A DNA stretch of 64,000 nucleotides. Origin: Octopus vulgaris. Taxonomy: Eukaryota. Positions 27,819 to 40,749 of the stretch are shown piece after piece. A program made the translations under genes and the position numbers. Within the stretch, counting starts at the first letter, position 1, and each line of letters begins with the position of its first letter. Location: positions 16,554,001 to 16,618,000 of the forward strand of contig OX597834.1 in NCBI GenBank assembly GCA_951406725.2, given 5' to 3'. Under the pieces are notes generated by a model, which saw only the letters and a list, made by a program, of their open reading frames with translations, did not search any database and was not told the DNA's origin.

Positions 27819-29049
27819 CTGAAAATAAGAATAAAAGAAATTAGACTTAAAAAACACATGCAAAAAAAGAAGGCAAAAAAACCCCCCAAAAAATTAAAAG
27901 GGTGCATCGTAAGTCCCTTTAGCATTTAGATGATAAACAATACTAAAATATTAACCCTTTCGTTATTGTATTTATTTTTGAGATGCTCTGTGTTTCTTTC
28001 AATTAATTTTAAATATAACAAAGAATTTAGTAAAATAATTTAGTTATCATTAAGCTGATGTTAGAAACATAAATTGTGACTAAGGTTTGGTGGAAGATTT
28101 TAATTCAAAACTTATGAAAGCAAGACATTTGTACTCAGAGCCAGAGGCTGTTCCAGGCAGTTTGGTATCAAAAGCATTAAGAATTGTTTCTCTATTATAT
28201 ATTTTAACCCTTTTGTTACCATATTTCTGTTGAGATGCTCTGTGTTTCCTTTCAATTAATTTTAGATATAACAAAGAATTTAGTAAAATAACTTAGTTAT
28301 CATTCAACTAGTGTTAGGAACATAAATTGTGACTAAGGTTTGGTGGAAGATTTTAATTCAAAACTTTTGAAAACAAGACATTTGTACTCAGAGCCAGAGC
28401 CGGTTTCAGCCAGGTTGGTAACGAAAGGGTTACAGGGACTTTAGAATTGTGTCATGCAACTGGGCAACAACTAGAAACATTAAGAATTTGTTGATTTGGT
28501 TAGGACATAGGAGCAAAAAAAAAAATCTTCAATAGGGGTATCTAGGTGTACCATGGAAATTAAAAAAAAAACAAAAACATTTAACCCTTATGATACCCAA
28601 CCTACCCAAGACTGACCTTGGTTCTATGGTACAAACTGTTTTCAAAGCGATATAAATTAAAACCTCCCATCAAAATTTCATGCTGACTTGTGTCAAATAC
28701 CAGATTAATAATGAGAAAGTTCATCATCATTTAGCATCCACTTTTCTGTGCTTGCATGTGTCAGACAGAGTTTATTGAGGCAGATTTTCTATGGCTAGAT
28801 ACCCTTCTTATCACCAACCCTAATCTGTTTCAAGGCAAGTTAATAATAATTCCCCCCTCCCCCATAAAGGGATTTGTGATTTTTAGGAAGATTTGGTTAC
28901 TATTTCAAGCAAGATGATTGACTGAGTAGAAGATCTCTCCTTGATCTGATTCAGTAACTTTATTAAGTTATTTTTATATAAAATCACAACAAATTCACTG
29001 ATTATTTCCAAAATCCCTTGAAATACATCATCATCATCATCATCATCAT

Positions 29050-29330
29050 CATCGTTTAACATCCGCTTTCCATGCTGGTATGGGTTGAACGGTTTGACTG
29101 AGGACCAGTGAACCAGATGGCTGCACCAGGCTCCAATCTGATCTGGCATGATTTCTACAGCTGGATGCCTTTCCTAACGCCAACCACTCAGAGAGTGTAG
29201 TGGGTGCTTTTATGTGCCACCAGCACAAGGGCCAGCCAGTCAGGCGGTACTGGCAGTGGCCATGCTCAAATGGTGTTTTTAAGTGCCACCTGCACAGGAG
29301 CCAGTCCAGCGGCACTGGCAACAACCTCAG
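29050..29330 (-). mobile_element. RTE-related retroposon 3' end with (GAT)n tail (also 21530-21625, 32150-32575, 39265-39397, 44220-44347, 55510-55760, 55975-56090)
   Basis: Shared catcatcgtttaacgtccgctttccatgctggcatgggttgg motif. Confidence 0.75.
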
Positions 29331-29665
29331 TAACAATCACGCTCTAAAATGTTTTATCAGTAGTGTGGCCATGGAAGGATTAATTTTGTCCTTGGATTTT
29401 GGATTTTTATTTATTTGTTTTGTCCTTATCTTGTCACAAATCCAGTCTGGAAATAAAATGGTTGTTTCATTCATTCATGAAGGCATCGTTTCTTTAAAAG
29501 CTAAATAAAAATTTTGACACAAAAATAAATGAAACCAAGGTAACTTGAACAAGATTTAAATTGAATTAGTTGAAATTATGCACAATAACAACAACAGCAA
29601 CAACACAGTAGATGTTTCAAATAATTAAAAAATATAGAAAGAAAGTAAGAAAAAATAGCTCTTAC

Positions 29666-29701
29666 GACTTTATTTAAAAGAATTCAAATGAGAGAAAGAT
29701 A
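29666..29701 (-). CDS. Candidate 36-nt micro-exon with in-frame stop (VSFSHLNSFK*)
   Basis: ttttattttaattgcttacag acceptor, gtaaga donor, phase 1-1. Confidence 0.45.
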
Positions 29702-29719
29702 CTGTAAGCAATTAAAATA

Positions 29720-30830
29720 AAATGTAACTATCACAACATACAATGTCGTAATGTAATTATCATACAAGAAAATCTAGTAATTATCTCAATATAAGACATA
29801 ATGTGATTATCATGGCCATAAAAATTCATAATGTAATTACCGCAAGAGAAGACCTAGTAATGTAAATACCACAACAGAAAATGTAATTGTTATAAAATGC
29901 TGTAACAAAAGTATCACATGGCAAGATGCTGTAATGTAATTATCACGAGATCCTATAATGTAATTATCACAACAAAAGATCTTTTAATGTAATTATCAAA
30001 ATTACTAGTTGTTGAAATGTAATTATCATACCATAAGATGTAATTATCACAGAAGACATGATATAAATATCACACCACAAGAAATTGTAATTATCACAGA
30101 AATAGATGTTGTAATAATATGATTACTACACAACAAGATCTTGTAATACAATTATCACATCACAAGACCTTGTAATGCAATTATCATGGAATGCAATTAA
30201 CATAATATCAGATGTATTGCAAATATCACACCACAAGATATTGTAATTATCACAAAAATAGATGTTGTAATATGATTACCACACAACAAGATCTTGTAAT
30301 ACAATTATCACATCACAAGACCTTGTAATGCAATTATCGTGGAATGCAATTAACATAACATCAGATGTATTGCAAATATCACACCACAAGATATTGTAAT
30401 TATGATAGAAGTAGATGTAATACAATTATCACACTACAATTACCACATCACAAGATCTTATAATACAATTATCACACCACAAGGTCTTGTAATGTATTTA
30501 TCATACCACAAGATCACAATGTAATTATCATATCACAAAATTTTGTAATTAACATAACACCAGATGTATTATAAATGTCATACTCCAAGATGTAATTATC
30601 AAAAGAGCTTATAATGTGATTATCAGAAAACAATACATAATTATCAGGGAGACAAAATGTCTTTTGTGAAGAAAACTAGATGTTGTAATTATCATATTGA
30701 TGTTATAATTATCACATTACAAGATGTTGTAATGTATTCCTCACATGGTAGGTTTTGTTATTTGTAGCATATTAGTCACAACACAAGATGTTAGGTAACG
30801 TGTTCCTCATAATACAAGACACCATTGTGA
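29720..30830. repeat. Degenerate tandem array built on tgtaattatcacaccacaaga
   Basis: Motif recurs dozens of times, with a higher-order duplication around 30085-30400. Confidence 0.8.
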
Positions 30831-30931
30831 TAAAACCAAATATTGAAATTTCTTTTATCAAATGAGAAAGAAAAGGATTATTATGTATGATAGAGAGAAA
30901 GTAAGAAAGAATATGAGAGAGGGAGAGAAGC

Positions 30932-30962
<31 letters not shown>

Positions 30963-33806
30963 AAGATGACAGAGAGAAGAGCAGAGAGATGAAGTGAAAG
31001 TGGCAGTAAACAAAGTGAAAGGGTGAGAGGGGTAGAGAGAGAAAGAGAGAGAAATAGAAAGAGAGACATAGAAACAGTGAGGGGAGTAGAAGAGAGAGAA
31101 GAAGTGAGCAGAAGAGAGAGGGGAAGTGTGAAGAAGAGTAGACAGAGATAGAAAGAGAAAATGAAAATATGTGGGGGCGTGTTTGTAGAAAGTTAAAAGA
31201 TCTGCTGCAAAAACAAAATATTTACAACAGAGGAAGATGATAGTCTCTAATATTTGCTGTGATTGTTGGTTGCTGACGAAACCCCAAATCTCTAAACATT
31301 AGACATAATCTCACTTATAAAGAGAAAGCACTAAATACCAAGAGAATCATGTGTAAATATAGAAGAAATTAGTTCAATTTCTATCCGTTAATAATAGATT
31401 GATAGTATGGTGAACAATTTGGAAATGTTTGGGACAAAACATTCATATAGCGTTTAGCCTTAGGTCAACTTTTATTGAGAACATGTATGATTAAGGGCAT
31501 TCCAGCCATGCCTATTCCATCCAGTACATCGAGTATTACATTATACAATGCATCCCATAAGATGGTAGCAGTGTTTGATTTAAGGGAAGAGAAATTTTTG
31601 CTATTACTTCCAGCAGGTCAAGCAACTGCATAGAAGTTCCCCCAATGGCTCATACAATCCAGTGTTCAAGTAAACTGCAGGATACTGAAATAAATACAGA
31701 ACTACAAATATGATTGCATGGGTCAGACAGAATTTCTATGGCTGGATGCCCTTCCTGTCACCAACCCTTGCTTGTTTCCAAGCAAGACGATATTTCCCCA
31801 TGGCCAGACATGTTTCTCATGGAATAATTGAAAATGAATGTCACACATTTACACGCATCATGCAATGTCAAGGCACGCACACACACACACACACATGATG
31901 TGACTGACTAGACTATCAAGTTTTGTTACGCATCACTGGTCACAATGCACTTTGTGTTGCTTTAGCCTTTGGATGATGCCACACTGCTGGAAGGGTGAGC
32001 AGGCCAACATTCCTTCCTGATCAAAAGGGGTACTGGAGCAATGTGAAATGAAGTGTTTTGCTCAAGAAGACAATGTGACACCCAGTTTAAGAATTGAACC
32101 CACAATCTAGTGATTGTGAATGCAACAGGGCAACCACTTCTATGTGTGTGTTTATGGTCATGTGATATGTATGAACAAGGACAGCTGTGTAAAGAAGTGC
32201 CAGTCTCTGTAGAAGAGGTAGACCCAGGAAGACATGGGACGAGGTGGTGAATCATGATCTTTAAACGTTGGGCCTCATGGAGGCAATGACAAGTGATAGA
32301 GACCTTTGATGATATGTCGTGCTTGAGAAGACTCATCAAGCCAGGTGAAATACTAGTTGAGGCTGATGTTGGTGTCCCATAACTGGCACCTGTACTGGTG
32401 GCATAGAGAAGCACCCATTACACTCTTGGAGTGGTCGGCATTACGAAGGGCATCTAGCCATAGAAACCATGCCAAATAAGACTGGAACGTGGTGCATCTC
32501 TCAGGCTTACCATTTCCAATCAGACTGTCTAACCCATGCCAGCATGGAAAGCAGACACTAAATGATGATGACGATGATACACACACACACACACACACAA
32601 AAACACACAATGGACTTCTTTCAGTTTCCATGACCCAAATCCACTTAAACGATTTTGGTCAGCCCAGAACTATAGTAAAGTACACCTGCCAAGGTGCTGC
32701 ACATTGAGACTGAACCAGAAACCATGTGGCTGGGATGCAAGCTTCTTAACTATACAGTTGTGCCTGTTAAAGAGAGCAATAGCTTAACCCTTTCGATACC
32801 AACCCAGCTGAAACCTCCTCTGGCTCTGTAGTACAAATGTCTTGTTTCCAAAAATTTTTTATTAAAATCTTCCACCGCAATTTATGTTCCTAACACCAGC
32901 TTAATGACAACCAAGTTATTTTACTAAATTCTTTGTTATATTTAAAATAATTGAAAGAAAATACGGTAACAAACGGGTAATGACATTAATTAATTAACAG
33001 GCTGCATCCATTGTACATGTATCACTAAATGACTTGCTTATTTTTCATTTATTTTTTTGTATTCCTGAAATTGTTTCAAATAGCTAAACATACTTATTAT
33101 CAAAGTACACCAAAAAATGAAGGGACATTTATGCATAAAAAGATCATAAATGAAGTAACATTTATAAGAATTTAAACTTCTTTCTGCTGTTTTAAGTCAC
33201 ACAGGTGTGTGGCGAAAATAGAATGAAGGAAATGTGTTAAGTATTAAGAGTTATGTGTTGAGGTATACTGACTAGAAAAAAAAATAATAATAATAAGTGC
33301 AACATCTAAACAAGAGAATGGTGGATAAAATTTAACTGCTGCTATGGTATTCTAAATTGCTGCTAAACTTTAATGAAATAACTTCGAAAAAAAGAATGTT
33401 TTATTGTTATTATTTATTGTTTTTTTATTCTTTTATTTGTCTCCTAGAGAGGTGCCCCAGCATGAAAAATAAATATTATTTTTTATTGTTATTACTTACG
33501 ATTTTTTTTATTTTTTTTTTTTTATTATTATTATTCTATGTTTGACTTTTGCTTTATATTTGTACAAGTTGGCTCCAAGTCTCACCCAGAGACCTCAAGA
33601 GACAACAGGGTTGGAAGTTCATGTTGTTGTTATGCCTAGTGTGCCATATATTTGGGGGGTGGGGATGTTGTACTAATGAATGTCTAAAAAAAAAAAAAAA
33701 GTTTTTTTTTTTTTTTTTTTTTACCGAAAATTATGTTTGTTTTAAACCTTGAGATTACATAGAGAGTATTTTGCGTAGGATATGAGCAGTTCCCATGAGC
33801 ACTATC

Positions 33807-33876
<70 letters not shown>

Positions 33877-34240
33877 GAAGGCAGTGAGCTGGCAGAATTG
33901 TTAGCATGCTGGACGAAATACTTGGTAGTATTTCGCTCGTCGCTATGTTCTGAGTTCAAATTCTGCCGAAGCTGACTTTGCCTTTCATCCTTTTGGGGTT
34001 GATAAATTAAGTACCAGTGAAACACTGGGGTTGACGTAATCAACTAGTCCCCTCCCACAAAATTTCAGACCTTGTGCCTTTCATAGAAAGGATTATTATT
34101 ATTGTTGTTGCTGTTGAGGCATTTCCTCCAGCTCTTTTGAGTTCAAATGCTACCGAGATAGACTTTGCCTGTGATCCTTTCTAGGTTCACCACGCTCCTC
34201 AAAACTGCTGGCCTTGCACCAAATTTTGAAATCGTGACTA

Positions 34241-34272
<32 letters not shown>

Positions 34273-35080
34273 GGAGAAAATTGTAAAGTGGCAAAAAAGA
34301 TAGGGTGTCAAACCAGCCATCTTACAGTATTTGGTCCCATCTGCTGTGTCTTGAATTCAAATACTACTGTGATCCCTGTAGTATTTGATCTGTGGTTATT
34401 GATATAATATCAACTGTGTGTGTTGGGTTTGATTTAATCAGTTTTCTTCTCTCTGATGAATAAGCTTTGTGTTATGAAAACTGTGTTTGACTGATGAAGG
34501 TAGTATTACATAATGGTTATCTTACATAAATACTTGAAATGTGCATATTAAATATTTTCAGAATATCAACTTTTGTCTATGTGATTATTCCAATATATAT
34601 AAGTTATTTGGATAACAAACTGAGCCAGTAGGACTTTCCTCTAATTGTGAAATGATTCCTTGAGATTGCAATGGTATGTATGTATGTATGTATGTATGTA
34701 TGTATGTATGTATGTATGTATGTATGTATGTATGTGTGTATGTAGGAGGGTGTGTGCATGTGAATAAGGGTGTTGGTATAAAATAGTACATGCGACTAGA
34801 TATAAGCTCTATCTGTGCATAGATCAATCAGAAAACATTCATAAAAAATAACAACAACAACAATAATAATCAAAATTATTGTTATTATGGAAAGAACAAC
34901 AACAATAGCAGTGACCAACGTGAAGAAATAAAGCAGAAATGTATGTATAAGTTTGTCACTTGGAAAAAAGTTCTGCCCTGGTTGTTCTATGTGTATAATA
35001 TGGCAGGAAGCAGGAGACAAAATGGGAAGCACTCACCTTGTTACCCAGATCAAGTCATGGGAAACTAGACAGCTTCTTAC

Positions 35081-35104
35081 CAGAAAGAAGATTTGTAGTG
35101 TCCC
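35081..35104 (-). CDS. 24-nt micro-exon (GDTTNLLS) with a second, downstream donor after 35037
   Basis: atttcattacag acceptor; donors gtaaga (35080) and aag|gtgagt (35036); phase 1-1. Confidence 0.6.
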
Positions 35105-35879
35105 CTGTAATGAAATTGGGGGGTAGTTCAAAAGCAAAGGCACTAATTTTCAATCAATTTACTCAATTCAAGATTGTGGAAAGAGACTGGCACATAGCTT
35201 TCGGCAACACACGTTAAAATAGGTGTGCGTATACATACATGTGTGTAAGGGAAGGAAATCAGATCAAGAGATGGCAATCCTGAATCTTTTCAGAGATTGC
35301 ATTTACAAGATTATTAACTTATTAAAAGAACAGTTGCTAATTAAAGGAATATTTGCTAATTGAAGGATAAGAAGTAAGGTAAGAAAATGGTTTGATATTT
35401 GTTGTGTGAAGGTGCAAGTAGAACAAGGATGTTTTTAATTCTATGTAATTTGACTATTGTTAATATGACCAAACCCAGAATTAGGTTTAATTTGGAAATT
35501 TCAAACACATAACCAAAGACAAAGAGAGACTAAGTTCACTGTGTCATGCTGTGTTGTACTAATCGAAAGGTAGTGCTGCAGTTGCTTGCTGTCCTTAAAT
35601 AGCTCTGATCAGTTTATAAGCAATGCTGCTATAATTTTGCACAGCAATGACATCACTGCTGTATTGTTCTTTTAAAATTAAATCTGCTTCTATTTATTGT
35701 TCCTTGTCTTAAGTGACCCTTGCTAGTTATTATTATTGGTCAATGTTGTCAGTGACGTAAGTAATTCTATCATTTATCAACAATATAATACACTGCCTTG
35801 TTCTGAGAAATAAAACTGGCACATAACTCTTGGCAACACATATCAAACAAGTGTGTATGCATGTATGTATGTATGTATG

Positions 35880-35957
<78 letters not shown>

Positions 35958-36239
35958 TGAAAGTATGGGGCTTAGTTCATAGGTGATCTAAACGATTAGG
36001 TATGCTAGGTAAGTGTTGTAACGGATTACTGGGGCTACAAGGTTATAGCCGAGATGGTAGTTATGGAGCCATTTGGGATTTCCGATGCAGCAGATATATA
36101 ATTGTTAAACAGGACATCGAACATTAAGGCAATGCAAACATCTCAAATCATATACAATATTATCATAATTTCTTATAATTTCCTATAATAATATTGTATA
36201 TGACTTGTGCTGTTTGCCTTGCCTTATATGTTTAATAAT

Positions 36240-36297
<58 letters not shown>

Positions 36298-36867
36298 AGA
36301 GAGAGAGAGAGGCGTGTGTGTGTGTGAATGGGGAACAATCCGATTGTGAGATTGCAATCCTTAATCTATACAGTCATTGCATTTATCAAGTAATTAACTA
36401 ATTAAGGAAATTGTTAAATAAAGGATAAGAATTGAGATAAGAAAATATTTTAATATTTGTTGTGTGAAGGATCAGATAGAAGAACAGGGAAGTTTCTACC
36501 TAGATACACTTGATATGGTGTTAATATGAATGAATCAAGGATTAGGGTCTTATCTGAATATTCCATGTACAGAAACAAAGACAAAATAAATAATAATTAA
36601 GTTCGCCACACTACCAATGAAGATATCGACAAAAGGAATGCAAGAAATAGCCCCTAAAATTATGGGTGAGAAAATTATAAATTTTAGATCAAAAAAGAGT
36701 ATTTTGTTCCTAAGTACTTCATGTCCTCTGTTCTAAAGGATATAAGTTTCATCCAGTTCATTTGCAAGAGTTAAAAAGCACTGAAAAGTGGGATGGACAG
36801 AACTGAAAACCAAAGTATTCGAAGTAAATTCTTCAAAATAAACCAACTGTCTAGTTTTCAAAAATAA

Positions 36868-36915
<48 letters not shown>

Positions 36916-37173
36916 TCATGCTAGCATGGAAAGCGGACGTATGATGATGATGATATATATATATATATATATATATACTCATGCTAGCATGGAAAGCGGA
37001 CATATAATGATGATGATATATATATATATATATATATATAAAGTGATGTTAAATGGAAGTAGATGAAGATTAATGAATCAAAAAAGATTTTTTTTTCTAT
37101 TGTTTTGTACTATTTTGCTGATAACTTAAGGTGTATCTTCAAAATTAATTCTAGAGTAACACTATATATATTT

Positions 37174-37227
<54 letters not shown>

Positions 37228-39396
37228 TTAAATACTCTTCTTACGATATTTATAATGAAACATAACTTATGAGTTGCAATTAATTTTGAAAATAATCAAT
37301 AATTTAAATGGATTTAGTAAAAATAACTTATTCAGGACATAGCATAACAAAAGGATCTCAAATAAATTGTGATAGGAAGTCTTGCTTTTGACATGAATGT
37401 TTTAACAAAAGACATACTTTTCTATGATAGGAGTGGATGTGGTCAGAGCTAAAAGGTTTTGGACATTTAAATATACTTTCATTGTTTAGCATTTAAACTA
37501 GCCATAACCAGCCTGTGTATACTATCTGTTTTATTTTAGGCCAGATCTGACCTCTCACAACTACCCTACAATGTCATTCTAAAAACAAACAAATCTTGGA
37601 ACTACACGATAACGCGTGATCAATCAAAATCAATATGGATATATAGAGGAATCTGAATTCTAAAGAGTTAATATTAAACTAATTTTATCTTTATGCTGTG
37701 TTTGGTATAAATAGAACTTTAACATCTTTTGTCTTGGGAGGGTCATTATGCCAATAATAATCCTTTCTACTGGAGGCCCAAGGCCCTCAGATTTTTGGGG
37801 AGGAGACTAGTCAATTACATTGACCCCAGTGTTTCATTGGTACTTAATTTATTGACCCCAAAAGGATGAAAGGCAAGGTTGACCTCGGCGGAATTTGAAC
37901 TCAGAACACAGTGACAGGCAAAATACCACTAAGCATTTTGCCCAGCATGCTAATGACTCTGCCAGCTTGCCGCCTTTGTTATGCCAATAATAACACACAC
38001 CTTGTGTTGTTATTATTGATGTAGTGACCTTCCCAAGACATACCAAGATTCGTTGCAACACAAGAATTCATAGCAAGAATCTTGCAAACCAAATACAAAA
38101 AAAAAAAAAAAAAAAAAATTTTAACAGTTGCTATATTACTTACACCAATAAGTTACCTGTTAATCATTGTTATCTCTGAGAGAGTTCCTTCACATTTTCT
38201 ATGCAAATAAATGGATTCTAATACATCAGGGTTTATTTTTTATTACTATTTTCATTGTGATTATTATTGTCTTCGTTGAGGTAAGAAAATATCCTTATAT
38301 TTGTTGTGAGGAGGAGTAGCAGGAAGAAAAGTAGGGCAGTTTTTACCTTGATACTCTTGATATGGTGTTAATATAATCACATCAAGAATTAGGCTTTATT
38401 TGAACATTTCACATACAGAACCAAATACAAAAGAAAGTCAAGTTCACTACCAATGAAGATTTTCAGATAAGGAATACGAGAAGAAGTGTTTTGTTCTTAA
38501 GTATCTCCTACTCACTCTTCAAATTCTCAGGAGATTAATCAGATTAAAAGTACCTACTTTCTTATGAAAACAATGTCTTCTTAAGTAAACGGTTTGGGTA
38601 TGACTAAAATTACAAAGGTGCATCACCTATTCATTAGGGTGCTGCACTCATGATTACAAGGTCATGGTTTTGATTCCTGAACCAGGCAGTACATTGTGTT
38701 CTTGAGCAAAACACTTCATTTCACATTGCTCCAGTCCACTCAACGGTAAATGAGTAACCCAGCAACAGACGGGTGTCCCAGTCAGGAGAAACGTTGTCAC
38801 TTATACGCCATGGAAACTGAGTAACAGGCCCTATGGGCCTCAGAACTCAAGACTAAAATCTAGGAGACTCATTTCTTCCCTTTTCTTTGTCCCTAAGATT
38901 GAATGTACCAAATATGGAATAAAATATGGAATAAGCTAAATGTAAGACCGATAGACGACAGTAAGGAATTAAATAATTGAAAAATAATTTAACCTTTAAA
39001 TATTTAAATTGGCTATATCCAGCTCAAATATTCTACCTGATTTATGTTCAAACTGGCCAAATCTAACCTCTCACACTTATTCTACAAGGTCACTCTGTAA
39101 ATAATCAATCACATCATTGAAATATTGAAATGACAAGATGATGCCTGATTAATTAAAAACAATTAGAATATATAAGCATTACATTTGAATAATCTGAATG
39201 CTAAAGAATCAACAAATGAATGGTCAAATGGTTAAATCAGAGAGATGTGTGTGTGTGTATGGTGTTAGGAAGGGCATCCAGCTGTTGAAACACTGCCAGA
39301 TCAGACTGGGCCTGGTGTAGCCTCCTGGCTTCCCAGACCCCAGTCGAACTGTCCAACCCATGCTAGCATGGAAAGCGGATGTTAAACGATGATGAT

Positions 39397-39431
<35 letters not shown>

Positions 39432-39471
39432 ATTATTATTTGAGGGAATATAAATCCAAACTTACAGGGAA

Positions 39472-39507
<36 letters not shown>

Positions 39508-39589
39508 TACACAGTTTTATTTATTTTTTTTTTGATGATCAGGAATCAGGAAAACACAGACTCAAATGAGACTTCCAATGTCACAAGAT

Positions 39590-39729
39590 CTATAAAAATA
39601 TCCAGTTGGGGTAACAGCCTGTTATGTTATTGTGATTTGGGAAATATAGCTCCTTCCTGAAGTAAACTGGTAAGTTTACTACCGATATACCGATATAAAG
39701 GCGGCATACAAAGACACCAAGAGCAAAAA
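39590..39729 (-). CDS. Candidate alternative terminal exon with hydrophobic start (VFALGVFVCRLYIGISVVNLPVYFRKELYFPNHNNITGCYPNWIFL*)
   Basis: ttgaattcag acceptor, phase-1 frame open for 45 codons; unique sequence. Confidence 0.35.
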
Positions 39730-40376
39730 CTGAATTCAACACAACATGCAAATTGAATGAGAAAAGCAATGCAATGAAATGGGGAAAGATAATTGCACAC
39801 AGTAACAGGGAAATTAAGAATATATATACATATATATACACTGAAAGGTTACATTCACTTAGTGACGACAAGTTTGAATGAAATCTTTTTTACTGAAAAG
39901 GATTTTTATGGATAACACACAGAGAAAAGAAGAAAAAAAAGCCCAAACTGCCAATAGGATATGTAACCAGTTACATAACAAAGCTGAAAACTAATACAAA
40001 TATTGTTTATTACATAACAGCTTGAGGCTTACATTAAGGAATATGACTGAGCAAAGAAATGAAGAAAATAATCAGTTTGGATTGTAGCTGCAAATAATAG
40101 CAAATCTAAATCGCATTACTTTGGAAACTGCAATAAAAAAAAAAATGATACAAAAGCAGAAAGAAAAAAGGAATAATATATATAAATATATACACATACA
40201 CAGACACATAGGCATTTAAAAAGTAAATAGACACTCCTCTTAATAGTTTTATGTGTGCACAGGACTCATTAATATGATGCCCAAACAAGTTGAATCCTTG
40301 ATTAAATAATTAAACGCATCAAATGACAATAGCTATCCCCCCCACTTGGACATGGATGCTCTGTGAGAACAAACTC

Positions 40377-40453
40377 TCATATTGGCTTTTGGTGCTGGAG
40401 ACAGTGGGGATTTATCTCCCCGCTAGCAATGTAAACAAGCATGCATTTTGCAC
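40377..40453 (-). CDS. Candidate alternative terminal exon within a hairpin (GAKCMLVYIASGEINPHCLQHQKPI*)
   Basis: cccatattggcttcag|G acceptor, phase 1; enclosed by inverted repeat 40341-40533. Confidence 0.45.
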
Positions 40454-40653
40454 CTGAAGCCAATATGGGAGTTCCTCTCATGGTATCTACCACAGTATAG
40501 TTTGTTCCAACAGAACATCCATGTTTAAGTGGGCATAAATATTACCCCACAGTATTAATACTGCCTCTGTAGCTAATATACAAATGACAATATTTTGTTT
40601 CGAAATATAGATATCTTAAAGAGGAAGTCTATTTATTTTGAGATGTCTGAGTG

Positions 40654-40703
<50 letters not shown>

Positions 40704-40704
40704 A

Positions 40705-40749
<45 letters not shown>

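Noticed and set aside
34450-34500. ctgatga-ataa..ttat-gaaa hammerhead-like motif
   Set aside because: No convincing stem I; likely chance.
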